64,000 nucleotides of DNA from an uncultured Gemmatimonadaceae bacterium (GTDB taxonomy: Bacteria; Gemmatimonadota; Gemmatimonadetes; Gemmatimonadales; Gemmatimonadaceae), in assembly GCA_963761305.1 (NCBI GenBank), contig CAVXGK010000001.1:1568001-1632000 (forward strand), written 5' to 3'. This document shows, one piece after another, positions 10,741-24,100 of the stretch. How positions within the stretch are numbered: position 1 is the stretch's first letter; every line of letters begins with the position of its first letter. A program made the position numbers and the translations under genes. The notes below the pieces were generated by a model that had not been told where the DNA came from, ran no database searches, and was given only the letters and a program-made list of their open reading frames with translations.

Positions 10741-12291
10741 ATGGCCGCGTCTCAATCGACGGAGCGACTCGGGTTCATCGAGAAAGCTGGATACAGCCTC
10801 GGCGACGCCGCGGCCAACTTCGTCTTCATGACGATGATTCTGTTCCAGCTGAACTTCTATACCGACACGATGGGCGTCGCCGCCGCGGTCGCCGGCACGA
10901 TGCTGCTCGTCGGCCGGCTGTGGGACGCGTTCTTCGATCCGATGATGGGCGTGCTCGCCGACCGCACCAACACGCGGTGGGGAAAGTTCCGGCCGTGGGT
11001 GTTATGGACCGCGGTGCCGTGGGCCGTCGTGATGGTGCTCGCGTATACCGTGCCCGGTTTCGGCTACACCGGCACGATCGCCTGGGTCGCGATTACGAAC
11101 GTCGCCCTCATGACGCTCTACTCGGCGAACAACACGCCGTATTCGGCGCTGAGCGGCGTGATGACCGGCGATTCGAACGAACGGACGTCGCTCTCGTCGT
11201 ATCGGTTCGTCGCCGCGATGTTGGCGCAGCTGATAGTCGGCGGATTCACGCTGCCGCTCGTCGCCAAGTTCGGCCACGGAAACAATGCGGTCGGGTGGCG
11301 CATGACGATGACGCTGTGGGCGGCCGTGTGCGTCGTCTGTTTCATCATCACGTTCGCCACGACGCGTGAACGCATCCAGCCGCCGCCGCAGCAGAAGACC
11401 GACGCGTGGGCCGACATCAAGAACCTGTTCGGCAACGGACCGTGGATCGCGATGTTCGTGCTGACGCTGTCGCACTTCGTTTTCGTGGCGATGCGCGGCG
11501 GCACGATGTTCTACTACTTCAACTACTACGTCGACCAGGCGCACCTGTTCGACTTCCTGCAGCGCCTCGGCTTGCCGCAAGCGACCGCCGCACAGCCGGA
11601 CGGCGGCCACTATCTGATGAACGTGTTCGGGCTGATCCTCGCCGCCGACCGCTCGAACGTCGCGTCGGTCGGGTTCAGTCTGTTCAACATCGCCAGCCAG
11701 GCGATCACCGTCGTCGGCGTAATCGCGTCGACCTACTTGGCGAAGGCATTCGGCAAGCGCGCCGTCGCGCTGGTGGGCTTCTCGCTGACGACGATTTTCC
11801 TCGCCGCGTTCGTTCTCCTTCCGGCGGGCTCGATCGAAGCGACGTACGGACTGGAGCTCGTACGCGCGCTCGCCTACGCGCCGACGATTCCGCTCATCTG
11901 GGCGATGTTCGCTGACGTCGCCGACTACGCCGAGTGGAAGACCGGGCGGCGTACGACGGGCGTGGTGTTCGCGACGATTCTGTTCGGTCTCAAGACCGGC
12001 CTGAGCCTCGGCGGCGCGATCGCGGGGTGGCTGCTGTCGGGCTACGGCTATCGCGCCAACGCCACGCAGACCGAGCACGCGCTGATGGGCATTCGGCTCA
12101 CGGTGAGCGTGTATCCGGCGCTCTTCCTCTGCGTCGTGGTCGGCTGCCTCCTCTTCTATAGAATCACGCGCTCGATGAGCGAACAGATGGCTACCGAGCT
12201 GGAGCAGCGTCGACGCGCGTACGGCGGTGTGTCGGCGCCTGACACGGCGGTCGGAACGAGCGGAAAGGGTTCCCTTGCCATCCTCAAATGA
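10741..12291 (+). CDS. Glycoside-pentoside-hexuronide (GPH):cation symporter (MFS)
   Basis: GYSLGDAAAN, DRTNTRWGKFRPW, DYAEWKTGRR motifs; multiple TM helices. Confidence 0.92.
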   Translation: MAASQSTERLGFIEKAGYSLGDAAANFVFMTMILFQLNFYTDTMGVAAAVAGTMLLVGRLWDAFFDPMMGVLADRTNTRWGKFRPWVLWTAVPWAVVMVLAYTVPGFGYTGTIAWVAITNVALMTLYSANNTPYSALSGVMTGDSNERTSLSSYRFVAAMLAQLIVGGFTLPLVAKFGHGNNAVGWRMTMTLWAAVCVVCFIITFATTRERIQPPPQQKTDAWADIKNLFGNGPWIAMFVLTLSHFVFVAMRGGTMFYYFNYYVDQAHLFDFLQRLGLPQATAAQPDGGHYLMNVFGLILAADRSNVASVGFSLFNIASQAITVVGVIASTYLAKAFGKRAVALVGFSLTTIFLAAFVLLPAGSIEATYGLELVRALAYAPTIPLIWAMFADVADYAEWKTGRRTTGVVFATILFGLKTGLSLGGAIAGWLLSGYGYRANATQTEHALMGIRLTVSVYPALFLCVVVGCLLFYRITRSMSEQMATELEQRRRAYGGVSAPDTAVGTSGKGSLAILK

Positions 12292-12301
12292 GCGCCGTCG
12301 C

Positions 12302-13441
12302 ATGAAGCGCGCGTGGCTGGCGCTGGCCGTCGTCGGCGCCGGGTGCCTGCACCCGAGCACATCGCCGAGTGTCGGCGCGGGGTCGACGACGCTCAAGGGC
12401 GCGTTTGCCGGCTCGTTCCGTGTCGGCGCGGCGGTCAACGAACGCCAGTTCACCGGCACGGATTCGGTCGGCGCGACGCTGGTTCGCCGGGAGTTCAACA
12501 CGATCACGCCGGAGAACGCGCTCAAGTGGGAGAACGTGCACCCGCGACTCGGCGTGTACGACTTCGCGGCGGCCGATCGCTACGTCGATTTCGGCACACA
12601 CAACGGAATGTTTGTCATCGGGCACACGCTTGTGTGGCACAGCCAGGTGCCGCGCTGGGTATTCCAGGATGCCGCCGGCAACCCGGTGAGTCGCGACACG
12701 CTGCTCGCTCGCATGCGCGATCACATCTTCACCGTCGTCGGCCGGTACAAGGGACGAATCAATGGCTGGGACGTGGTGAACGAAGCGCTGAACGATGACG
12801 GGTCTCTTCGCCATTCGCCGTGGTACACGATCATCGGCGAGGACTACCTCGTGAAGGCGTTCCAGTTCGCGCACGAAGCCGACCCGGGCGCGCAGCTCTA
12901 CTACAACGACTACTCGCTCGACAACGCCCCGAAGCGCAACGGCGCCGTCGCGCTGGTGAAACGACTCCAGGCCGCCGGCATTCCGATCTACGCCGTCGGC
13001 TCGCAGAGCCACGACAAGATGGATTGGCCGAGCGTCGCGCAGGTCGATTCGACCATACGCGCGATCGGAGCGACGGGCGTGAAGGTGAACATCACGGAGC
13101 TCGACATCGATGTTCTGCCGCCTGCCACGCAAAATCGCGGCGCCGACGTCTCGCTGCGCGGTCAGGCGTCTCCCGCATCCAATCCGTACGCCGCCGGTCT
13201 GCCCGACTCGGTGCAACGCGCGCTGGCCGTCAGGTACGCCGACCTGTTTCACGTTTTTGCATCCCATCGGGCCGTCATCGACCGCGTTACCTTCTGGGGC
13301 GTAGGGGATGGCGACTCGTGGCTCAACGATTGGCCCGCCCGCGGACGGACCAGCTACCCGTTGTTGTTCGACCGCGGCGACCGCCCGAAGCCGGCGTTCG
13401 ATGCGGTGATGTCGGTGGCCGCCCGCGCAATCGCGCCGTAG
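12302..13441 (+). CDS. GH10 endo-1,4-beta-xylanase, lipoprotein
   Basis: TPENALKW, GHTLVWHSQ, WDVVNE, YYNDY, ITELDI motifs; lipobox GAGC. Confidence 0.95.
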   Translation: MKRAWLALAVVGAGCLHPSTSPSVGAGSTTLKGAFAGSFRVGAAVNERQFTGTDSVGATLVRREFNTITPENALKWENVHPRLGVYDFAAADRYVDFGTHNGMFVIGHTLVWHSQVPRWVFQDAAGNPVSRDTLLARMRDHIFTVVGRYKGRINGWDVVNEALNDDGSLRHSPWYTIIGEDYLVKAFQFAHEADPGAQLYYNDYSLDNAPKRNGAVALVKRLQAAGIPIYAVGSQSHDKMDWPSVAQVDSTIRAIGATGVKVNITELDIDVLPPATQNRGADVSLRGQASPASNPYAAGLPDSVQRALAVRYADLFHVFASHRAVIDRVTFWGVGDGDSWLNDWPARGRTSYPLLFDRGDRPKPAFDAVMSVAARAIAP

Positions 13442-13467
13442 CCGCCGCCCTACTGGAGATGTCCGAT

Positions 13468-14187
13468 ATGAGAGACGCATTCGCGCCCGTCCTGAAGCAG
13501 AGCTTGTCCGACAAGCTCGCGCAGCGGATCCGCGGCATGATTCAGAAGGGCGACTACGGCCAGGGCGATCGTTTGCCGCCGATCATGGAAATGGCCAAGC
13601 GGTTCGGCGTCGGCCATCCCACGATTCGCGAAGCGCTCAAGAAGTTGGAGACGATGGGCATCGTCGAGATTCGCCACGGCTCGGGCGTCTACGTGAGCCG
13701 CAGCGACGACGTCTTCGTGCTGGCGAGCCCCGACTACGCCGGCACCGTCACCAAGAAGCTGCTGCTCGATCTCATCGACGCGCGCATGCCGCTCGAGATG
13801 AAGTCCGTGGCCGACGCCGTGAAGAACGCGACGCTCGACGATCTGATCGAGATGCGACGGCTACTCAAATCGGCCGGCGACCACTTCGACAACGATATCG
13901 TGCTGAACGAAACCAACATGGGGTTTCACCGGCAAATCGCGATTGCGTCGGGGAACGCCGTGCTGCTGCAGCTGCTCGACGTGCTGCGCGAGCTCTTCAC
14001 CGAAGAACAGCGCCTGATCCTCGGCATTTTCGGCTCGCGCGAACGCGATCACCGCGAGCACCTCGCCATCCTCGAGGCGCTCGAGAACCGCGACGAGGCA
14101 CTCGGCGTCGAGCGCATGCGGAAGCACCTGCAGGGTGTCGCGGACTCCATCCATCGCTGGGATCAGGAGAACCACCCCGTCTCGTGA
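13468..14187 (+). CDS. FadR/GntR family transcriptional regulator
   Basis: N-terminal wHTH (GDRLPP...FGVGHPTIREALKKLE) plus FCD domain (FHRQIAIASGN); GGAG RBS; alternative start 13459. Confidence 0.93.
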   Translation: MRDAFAPVLKQSLSDKLAQRIRGMIQKGDYGQGDRLPPIMEMAKRFGVGHPTIREALKKLETMGIVEIRHGSGVYVSRSDDVFVLASPDYAGTVTKKLLLDLIDARMPLEMKSVADAVKNATLDDLIEMRRLLKSAGDHFDNDIVLNETNMGFHRQIAIASGNAVLLQLLDVLRELFTEEQRLILGIFGSRERDHREHLAILEALENRDEALGVERMRKHLQGVADSIHRWDQENHPVS

Positions 14188-15311
14188 TGAGACGCAAGGC
14201 GATTCTGACGGGCTTGTTGGCGATCGCCGGCTGCGGCGGCCGAGGCGGCGATTCCGCCACGACGCAGCCCGTCGACAAGACCTGCCAACAGGATCCGACG
14301 CAAGCCAAGTGCACCGTGGCCGCGACCACGTTGCGCGGACTCGCCTCGGCGCGTGGACGGTCGTTCGGCGTCGCGGTCGACGCGATCTTCTTCGGCGCCA
14401 ATCCGGCCGCGTACGACACGGTCGCCGCTCGCGAGTTCAACCTGATCGTCGCCGCCAACGTGATGAAGTGGGGCTCGATCCACCGCGATTCGCGTTACTC
14501 CTACCGCTGGACGAGTCCCGACGCGATGGTCGCATTCGCGCAGGCGAACGGCATGAAGGTTCGCGGTCACAATCTCGCGTGGTACCAGCAGAATCCCGCG
14601 TGGCTCACGAACGCGACCTGGGATCCGGAAACGCTCAAGGTCGTGCTCAAGGAGCACATCGACAGCGTCGTTGGACACTACAAGGGAAAGATCATCGCGT
14701 GGGACGTCGTGAACGAAGCCTTCAACGACGGGACCGGTTCGCTCCGCGTGACCGGATCGCCGTGGGCGACGACGCTCGGCGCCGGGTACATCGACATCGC
14801 ATTCCAGGAAGCGCGCGCGGCGGATCCGGCGGCACTGCTCTTCTACAACGACTACAATCTCGAGACGCCGGGCTTGAAGCAGGATTCGGTATTCGCTCGG
14901 CTCAGCAGCATGAAGACGCGCGGCATTCCGATCGACGGCATCGGATTCCAGTCGCACTTTCAAGTCAACGCCGACGCCACCGGTGTGCCGTCCAAAGAAA
15001 CGCTCGTCGCGACCTTCAACCGGTTCGCCGCGCTCGGCATCAAGATTCACATCACCGAACTCGACATCCGCGTCCGTACTCCCGGCGCGAGCGCAGCCGA
15101 ACTCGCGGCGCAGAGTGCGGGGTTCACCGCGGTGACGTCGGCGTGTCTCGCCGTGCCGGCGTGCGAAGCGATGGTGACCTGGGGACTCAACGACGGCGAG
15201 TCGTGGGTGCCGAGCACGTTCCCGGGCTACGGCCAGGCGCTGCTGTTCGATGATTCGTATTCGAGGAAAGCAACGTATACGGCGGTGAGCAACGCGCTCG
15301 CGGCGCCGTGA
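14184..15311 (+). CDS. GH10 endo-1,4-beta-xylanase, lipoprotein
   Basis: RGHNLAW, WDVVNE, FYNDYN, GIGFQSH, ITELDI; lipobox IAGC; overlaps regulator stop. Confidence 0.93.
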   Translation: MMRRKAILTGLLAIAGCGGRGGDSATTQPVDKTCQQDPTQAKCTVAATTLRGLASARGRSFGVAVDAIFFGANPAAYDTVAAREFNLIVAANVMKWGSIHRDSRYSYRWTSPDAMVAFAQANGMKVRGHNLAWYQQNPAWLTNATWDPETLKVVLKEHIDSVVGHYKGKIIAWDVVNEAFNDGTGSLRVTGSPWATTLGAGYIDIAFQEARAADPAALLFYNDYNLETPGLKQDSVFARLSSMKTRGIPIDGIGFQSHFQVNADATGVPSKETLVATFNRFAALGIKIHITELDIRVRTPGASAAELAAQSAGFTAVTSACLAVPACEAMVTWGLNDGESWVPSTFPGYGQALLFDDSYSRKATYTAVSNALAAP

Positions 15312-15500
15312 TGACGGGCTCGACCGCGGCAGCCTGACCGTCCCGGGGTACCGGGAAGCGAAACGGGCGACGCTCAGGTCTTCGGAGGTGCGGACCGTGC
15401 CGCTTGCCAAGTTCGATCAAGGCGGTAACGTCTTTGGGCGAAATGGACGGCTCCGTGATTCCGACCGGCGCCGGGAACTCCGCCAGAACGCAAGACACGC

Positions 15501-17453
15501 ATGGGCCACGCGGTCAGAGCGCGACCGGATCACGGCGTACCTCGCAGATTCCAGGCTGCGTTAATCGTAGGTATGCTGGTGATCGGTGCGGCGACGAGCG
15601 ACGCTCAGTCCCCGGTGAAACAGGTCCTGATGCTGCAATCGCTCGAGCGCGGGAACCTGACGCTCGATCACTTCACCGGCGAGTTCCGCATGAGCCTGGA
15701 CCAACACGTCGGGAAACCCGTGAACGTCGTCCAGGTGGTCGTGGGCCCGACAGGGGCTGTCGGCGCGGCCGAATCCGCCGTCCTCGACTACATCCGATCG
15801 ATGTATGCCGATCGTCCGCCCCCGGACCTCATCGTGACTGTCGCCGGCCCTGCGGCTGTATTCGCGCGGAAGTATCGACGGCAGCTTTTCCCCGAGACGC
15901 CGCTCCTTTTCGCTGCCCTGGATCAGCGATGGTTCAGCGGCGCGCAACTTGGCAAAAACGAGAGTGCGGTCGCGGTGGCCCATGACTACCCTCGCCTGAT
16001 CGACGACATCTTGCGGGTGCTCCCCGAAACCAAACAGGTGTTCATGGTGACCGGGTCCGGATCCATCGGACGGTTTTGGCGTCAAGAGCTCGAGACCGCG
16101 TTCTCGCGATTTCGCGATCGCCTGACATTTATCTGGTCTGACGACTTGTCGCTTCCGGATGTCCTGAGCCGCGCCGCCGGCCTTCCGAGCCACTCGGCGA
16201 TCGTCTATCTCAGCTTCGGCACAGACGCGCAGGGCGGGGCGTACGCGAGCGAGCAAGTGATCGCCGGCCTTCACGCCAGAGCGAATGCTCCCGTATTTGC
16301 ATCGCAGACCCCGGAGTTCGGATTTGGAATTGTCGGCGGGTCGATGATGTCGATCGACTCCCTTGCGCGCAGAACCGCCGGCGTCGCCAGTCGAATCCTG
16401 AATGGCGAGCCACCCGAAAGCCTGAGGGTCGCGCCGCAATTGGCAGGTCAACCGATGTTCGACTCGCGCGAGTTGCAGCGATGGGGCATCCCCGACAGTC
16501 GGCTGCCGCCCGGAAGCGTCGTGCGCTTTCGTGCGCCGAGCCTGTGGGCTGAGCACAAGACCACGGTTCTCGCGGCGTTTGGCGCGCTGGTCCTCCAGAC
16601 GTTCCTGATCGCGCTGCTTCTGTATGAGCGTCGCGCACGGCATCGCGCCGAGATCGACAGCCGGCGGAATCTGTCTCTCGCCACCGACGCCAACCGCCGC
16701 GAGACGATCTCGGCCCTGACGGCTTCGATAGGCCATGAGCTCGGGCAACCTCTCACGGCGATCGTGCACAACGCCGAGGCGCTTCAGATGATGGTCACGT
16801 CCGGTGGGGCGGTACCTAACACGACCACGCGGGAGATTTTGGCCGACATCAACGCGGAAGCCGTCCTCGCCACGCAGATCGTCGAACGCCATCGGACGAT
16901 GCTCCGCGGTCATCAACTGCACAAGAAGCCGCTCGACGTCCACTCCGTGATCTATGAAACTCTGGCGCTCGTCGCCCACGACATGAGAGCGAGGCGGATC
17001 GAGACGACCCTCGATTTGTCGTCGACTCCGTGCATCGTGGACGGGGATCAAGTGCTTCTGCAGCAGGTGCTCGTCAACTTGGTCAGGAACGCCATGGACG
17101 CGATGGCCGAGGCACCGCTGGCGGTGCGTCGCATGACGATAGGAACCGCGGCCAGAGCGGGCGACGTCGACATTTCCATATGCGACACTGGAAAGGGATT
17201 GGCGCCGGAAATCATCGGCACACTGTTCACACCGTTCGTCACGACGAAATCGCATGGTCTTGGGGTAGGCCTCACGATCGCCCAGAGGATCGTCGAAGCT
17301 CATGCCGGGACCATCGCCGTCCACGAGAACGTCGATGGCGGGGCGACTTTCACCGTCACGCTGCGCCGCAGCGCGACGTCGGGCGACGCGCCGGACGGCC
17401 GGACATTGCCGGCCCATCGTGAGAGCACCGCGTCCGCCGTCGATCGTGATTGA
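15501..17453 (+). CDS. Sensor histidine kinase with periplasmic substrate-binding-like domain
   Basis: HELGQPL H-box, NLVRNAMDA N-box, DTGKG, FVTTK, GLGVGL; one TM before the kinase; start uncertain. Confidence 0.88.
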   Translation: MGHAVRARPDHGVPRRFQAALIVGMLVIGAATSDAQSPVKQVLMLQSLERGNLTLDHFTGEFRMSLDQHVGKPVNVVQVVVGPTGAVGAAESAVLDYIRSMYADRPPPDLIVTVAGPAAVFARKYRRQLFPETPLLFAALDQRWFSGAQLGKNESAVAVAHDYPRLIDDILRVLPETKQVFMVTGSGSIGRFWRQELETAFSRFRDRLTFIWSDDLSLPDVLSRAAGLPSHSAIVYLSFGTDAQGGAYASEQVIAGLHARANAPVFASQTPEFGFGIVGGSMMSIDSLARRTAGVASRILNGEPPESLRVAPQLAGQPMFDSRELQRWGIPDSRLPPGSVVRFRAPSLWAEHKTTVLAAFGALVLQTFLIALLLYERRARHRAEIDSRRNLSLATDANRRETISALTASIGHELGQPLTAIVHNAEALQMMVTSGGAVPNTTTREILADINAEAVLATQIVERHRTMLRGHQLHKKPLDVHSVIYETLALVAHDMRARRIETTLDLSSTPCIVDGDQVLLQQVLVNLVRNAMDAMAEAPLAVRRMTIGTAARAGDVDISICDTGKGLAPEIIGTLFTPFVTTKSHGLGVGLTIAQRIVEAHAGTIAVHENVDGGATFTVTLRRSATSGDAPDGRTLPAHRESTASAVDRD

Positions 17454-17472
17454 CGTCGCCCACGACCGACGC

Positions 17473-20126
17473 CTACTCCACGCGGATCGTCTTCTCCAGC
17501 CGTATGTCAGCCGACGACGCGCCGACTCGTAGGCGAATCGGCTCAGACTCGACAATCCAGCCGTGCTGCTGCGCGTTCCAGTACGCGAGGGATTTTGCGG
17601 CGACCTTGAGCGAGACCGTCTTCGTCTCGCCAGGCGCGAGCGACACGCGCCTGTAGCCGCGCAGATCTTCCTTCGGCCGCTCGACCGACGAGCCCTCGTG
17701 CGTCACGTAGAGCTGAACGACCTCGTCGCCATCGCGAGACCCTGTATTCGTCACGTCCACGCTGACCGTGACTGATCCATCCTTCGGGAGCACGTCGGCG
17801 CTCGTTCGAATGTTCTTGTACGCGAAGGTCGTGTAGCTCAGCCCGAAGCCGAACCGGTAGAGCGGCGTGCCGTTGAAGAACCGGTAGGTGCGACCGGCCA
17901 TCTTGTAGTCGTCGAACGGCGGGAGGTCGTTCACACTTTTGTAAAATGTCACCGGCAGACGGCCGGCCGGGTTGTAGTTGCCGAACAGCACGTCGGCGAT
18001 CGCCGTCCCAGACGCTTGTCCCGGATACCACGCCTCGACGATCGCCGGCACGTGCTCTTGCGCCCAATTCACGGCGACCGCGCTGCCGCTCATCAGAACC
18101 AGCACTGTCGGCTTGCCGAGCGCGACGACCTTCTCCATCAGTCGTTCCTGCGACGCCGGCAGGTCGAGGCTCGTACGATCACCGCCGCGGAAGCCGTCGA
18201 TTTGCACCGGCATCTCTTCGCCTTCGAGTCGGGCGGTGAGTCCGAGCGCGAGCACCACGACGTCGGCCTGCCGAGCGGCGTCGAGCGCCTGCGCCTCGAG
18301 CGCGTCGTGCGGCGCGGACCACAAGAGCTGCAAGTCGGCGAGGCCGTACGTCTCTTCGGCGTCGACGCGAATGCGATACGATCGGCCCGCTTGAAGCGTG
18401 AGCGGCGCGGCCTGCGCAAGCCGAGGGTCGGGAAACTCGCCGTCGTGCGACGGATACACCGACTGCGTGATCAAGCTGTCGTCGAGGTACAGTTGGAATT
18501 TCACCGTGCCGATGAGCCCGAGCCGATACGTGCCGGTCACCGGCGCGCGCAGCGTGCCCGACCAGCGCACCGCGAAGTCGTCCGGATTCATGTCGCCGCG
18601 CGGCGCGCCGTCCCGCCAGTTCACGTCGAGCGTCGAATCCACGCGCGTGAACAGCGGCGTGCCTTGAAGGACGTGCGAGTTGAAGTACTCGCCCGTGAGT
18701 CCCGGCTTGCCGTCGCGCGACGACAGGACGCTCGCCGGCACGACGTCCAGCACCGGAAATCCGTCGGCGAGATCGGATCCGACGGCGTAGAGGACACGCG
18801 CGTGCGGCAAGGCTTCGCGGATGCCGCGGAGCGGCGTGATCGGATCCGACGGATTCCCGTTGTAGTTGCCGACGAGCATGCGCCACTGATCGGCGTTGGG
18901 CCCGATCACCGCGACCGTCTTGAGTGTTTTCGACAGCGGCAGCGTGTTGCCCTCGTTCTTGAGCAGCACGATCGACTCGCGCGCCGTGTGGAACGCGAGC
19001 GCATGATGCGCCGGCGAGTCGAGGTCGCTGATCGGGATGCGCGACCAACGCACCTTCGATTGGTCATCGAACATTCCGAGCTTGAATCGCGCCAGGAACA
19101 ACCGATACACCGACGTGTCGATCTGTGTCTCGGTGATCAGACCTTGCTTGACCGCGTCGGGCAGACTCGGCGTGTACGTCCGCGACGAATTGGCTGAGGT
19201 GATCGAGCACTCGAGGTCCGTGCCGGTCTTCACGCCATCCGCCGCCGCTTCGGCGGGCGTCGCGGCGTACTTGTGGCGGCGATGGATGTCGTCGATCGCG
19301 CCGCAGTCGCTCACGACGTAGCCGGGGAATTTCCACTCGTCGCGCAGAATGTCGCGCAGCAACATGTCGCTCGCGCACGCCGGCTTGCCGTCGATGCTGT
19401 TGTACGCGCACATGAGCGAGTACGCTCCGCCCTCGCGAATCCCCATCTCGAAGTGCGGCAGATAGCTCTCGCGCAAATCGCGCTCGCTCACGACGGCATC
19501 GAACGTGTGGCGCTCCGGCTCGGGACCGCTGTGCACCGCGAAGTGCTTCACCGTCGAGACGGTCTTCAGATACGTCGGATCGTCGCCCTGCAGACCCTTG
19601 ATGAATTGCACGGCCATCGTGCCGGTGAGGTACGGATCCTCACCGTACGTCTCCTGTCCTCTGCCCCATCGCGGATCGCGGAACAGGTTGATGTTGGGCG
19701 ACCAGAACGTGAGACCCTGATAGCGCTGATGGCTGTCGTGCGCGATGTAGTCGTGATACTTGGCGCGCGCCTCGTCCGAGATCACCGTCGCCACCCGCAA
19801 TATGAGGCTGTCGTTCCACGTCGCGGCGAGACCGATCGCCTGCGGAAACACCGTCGCCAATCCGGAGCGCGCCACGCCGTGCAGCGCTTCGTTCCACCAG
19901 TTGTACTCGGGCACGCCGAGCCGCGGGATGGCCGGCGCGACGTCGTTCATCTGCGCGACTTTTTCGTCGAGTGTCATGCGCGACACGAGATCCCTGGCGC
20001 GCTGCTCGAACGTGAGCGACTGGTCGAGGTACGGCGCCACAGCCGTAACGCTCTGCGCATGAATCGCGAGCGGCCACACGAACAGCACCGACGTCCCGAA
20101 CACGCAAAGGGCCGAGCGATGTCGTC

Positions 20127-20130
<4 letters not shown>
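17473..20130 (-). CDS. GH3 beta-xylosidase/glucosidase with PA14 insertion, secreted
   Basis: WWNEALHGV, RDPRWGRGQETYGEDP, KHFAVH, VVSDC; PA14-like GLTGEYF...FAVRWSG segment; signal peptide. Confidence 0.93.
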
Positions 20131-21157
<1,027 letters not shown>

Positions 21158-21161
<4 letters not shown>

Positions 21162-24100
21162 GGCGACGCGTAGGCGTACATGCCCAGCATGGTGCCCACG
21201 AACCCGCCCGCGTGCTTGGTGCTCAGGATCGTGCCGTCGGCGTCGCGCAGCAGCGGCAGCCATTCGCCGGCGCGCCGGCCATAGTAGAAGTCGTATCGAC
21301 CACCGCGCGCGGCGATCTTGAGAAACACCGTGGCGTCGTTCGAGAGATGGATAGGCGCGCTGGCGATCACGCTGTCCTTGGCGCGCGCGCCGTCCGACAT
21401 CTCGACCCGCACGACGGTGGAATCCCCGGCGCGCGCCACACCGATGAAGTAGTGGTGCGTCTCGTTCTGAAAGGCGACGAGGCCCGCCTTGTCGCCCGTG
21501 CGCTCCGGAACGAACCGCATCGCCGCCGACGCGCTCGCCGTGATGTGCTGCTGGCGGCGTCCGACGAACGACGGTTGCCCCGGTCCGCTGATGTCGTCGC
21601 TGCGCGCCTGAATCGTGAGCCAACCCGGCGTCGATGCCAGATCCCACCATTTCGTGCGCGTCGTTCGCATGAACGTCCAATACTTCGCGAGCGCCACGTC
21701 GGAGAAATCGTCTCGCACCGAGAAGTTGCCGTCGCCGACGGGAATTGGACTCGATGCGCTCGGAAGCTTGGGACGCGTCGACTCGTACGGCACGGTCGCG
21801 GTGCCGGCAAGAATGACGGGCCATCCGTCGGTCCATCGCACGGGCAGCAGAAACGTCTCGCGCCCGATGTTGTACTTGTCGTCCTCGTAGGGACGCGTGC
21901 CGAGGAAGACGGCCCACCATTCGCCGTTCTGCGTCTCGACGAAATCTGCGTGACCGGTCGACGTCACGGGAAACGGGCGCGAGGGATCGAGATGCCGCTG
22001 CGTGAGAATCGGGTTGCCGCCGTACGGCGTGTACGGTCCCAACGGCGACGACGCGCGGAACACGACCTCCGAATGCTGCTCCGCCGTGCCGCCCTCGGCG
22101 CAGATCAGATAGTACTGCCCCTTCACCTTCAGAATGTGCGGCGCCTCGATCCAGATCGGTTTCTTCGCGAGATCGACGCCGCCGTTCACGAGCACCGACC
22201 TCGGCCCCACCATCTTTTTGCTCGCGACGTCGTACTGCTGCACCCAGATCGCCCGGTGCCCCTCGTACAACGGCGTGCCCACCGGCGGTCCGTTGTTGGT
22301 GATGTACGCTTTGCCGTCGTCGTCGAAGAAGAGCGACGGATCGATGCCGTCCACCTCGTGCAGCCAGATGGGGTCGGACCACGGGCCGGCCGGATCCTTC
22401 GCCGTCACGATGAAGTTGCCGCCGTGGTCGACGAGCGTGGTGATCATATAAAACGTGCCGTCGTGAAAGCGGATCACCGGCGCGAAGATGCCGCGCGAGA
22501 TCCCGGCGCTGTCCACGGGGAGCTGCGACGGCCGATCGAGCACGCTGCCGATCTGCGTCCAGTGCACGAGATCGGCGCTGCGGAAGATCGGCACGCCCGG
22601 GTAGTACACGAAGCTGGACGTGACCAGATAATACTCGTTGCCGGCGCGTGTGATGCTCGGATCCGGATAGAATCCGGCGAGAATCGGATTGAAGAACCGA
22701 TCGGCGCCCGGCGTGAGCGTTTTGTAAACGCTGTCCTGTCCGTCGTACTGGAACCAGTCGAAGCGCGCGACCGGCGTGTTCCGCCGAGCCGCCGCGGGCG
22801 CGACGTCTCCGTCGGCGCTGTCGTCGCCGGAATGATCACCACTCGTCGCCGACGACGACGGCTTGGCCGGCGTCCACCGATCGAAGCTCTCCGGCGGACC
22901 GAGGTAGGTCTGCGGCAACGGACGCGGCGAGATCACGAGCCGTTGCACCACGACGCCCGGGTCCACCATCCAGAACTTGAGCACGTGCTGGCCGGCGCGT
23001 GCGATCGTGTGCGTCGTCACCACGTCGAGAATGTTGTTGGCGACGGCGCGCTCCCACGCGCGCTGCGAGGTGTCCGGCCACGCGTCCACGACTTGCGGCG
23101 GCTCGTCGTCGATCGAGACGGCGTAGCGAAGACCGGTGGCGGCGCCGGTGAAGTTGAGTGTCGGAGAGAGATACGCGTGCACCTGCACCGTACCGCTGTC
23201 GAACATGAACAGGTCGTACTCGAGCCGGGGCGAGTTGCCGCCCGGAACAACGCTCGGCGACGTGACCGGTGCCGGCGTGATGCCCGACGCCGCTTTGCCG
23301 AGATTCGGCACACGAACCCACGTCAACGACCCTCTCCCCAACTCACGCGAGAAATGCTCGGCGTCGATCGCGATCAAGCCATTCGTTTCGATGAATCCCG
23401 AGACGGCGTCGCGCTTGGGTGAGGACGGATAGTCGATCGGTGCCTGGACGACGATGGCGGACTTACGCGGCCCGGTGATCGTGATCGGCACGCGGCTCGC
23501 GCCGAAGGGCGCCTTGGTCCAGTCGACCGTCACCGCGAGCCGGCTCTCCTTCGCGATCGTGCCCTTGGCCGGCGAGACGGCGACCCATGGCTGTGCGGCG
23601 GAGGCGGTGAATGCGAACGACGTCTTTCCTCGATTGTAGACGTCGATGTGATACGTCGGCCGCGTGTACGGATCGAACGGCGGTAACGAGAGCTCACGCG
23701 ACGCGACCTGGCCTCGCGGCGGCGGCGGGCGGTTCTCTTCGACCACCGCGACGCCCATTTCGGCGGCGATGGGAAGCGGAATCGTGTCGACGCGCGGCAT
23801 TACGTTCTTGGGCGGCTCCTGCCAATACGTGTAGCCGATGTGCGTCTGGTCCATCATGTGGTCCCACTTTCCGCCGGCCAGCTTCGTGTTGTAGTAGCGC
23901 GTGATCTCGGCGTCCTTGTCGAACAGGCGGCGCGCGCTGTCGGCGAGGTCGTTCGTCGCCGCGCGCCACTGCGCCGCGTACATGTGATTTCGCGCGGCGG
24001 TGACGTAGAGCTTGTTGAGATTCGCCGCCGCCTCGATCGGATGCAGCACGAGCTCGTAGTAGGCGTCGTGTGTGTTCGGCGCGAGCGTGGCGCCGACCTT

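Noticed and set aside
21162..22382. 751-aa mutarotase with long N-terminal extension
   Set aside because: Extension is an alternative frame over the GH43 domain; mutarotase homology starts at GTG 21161
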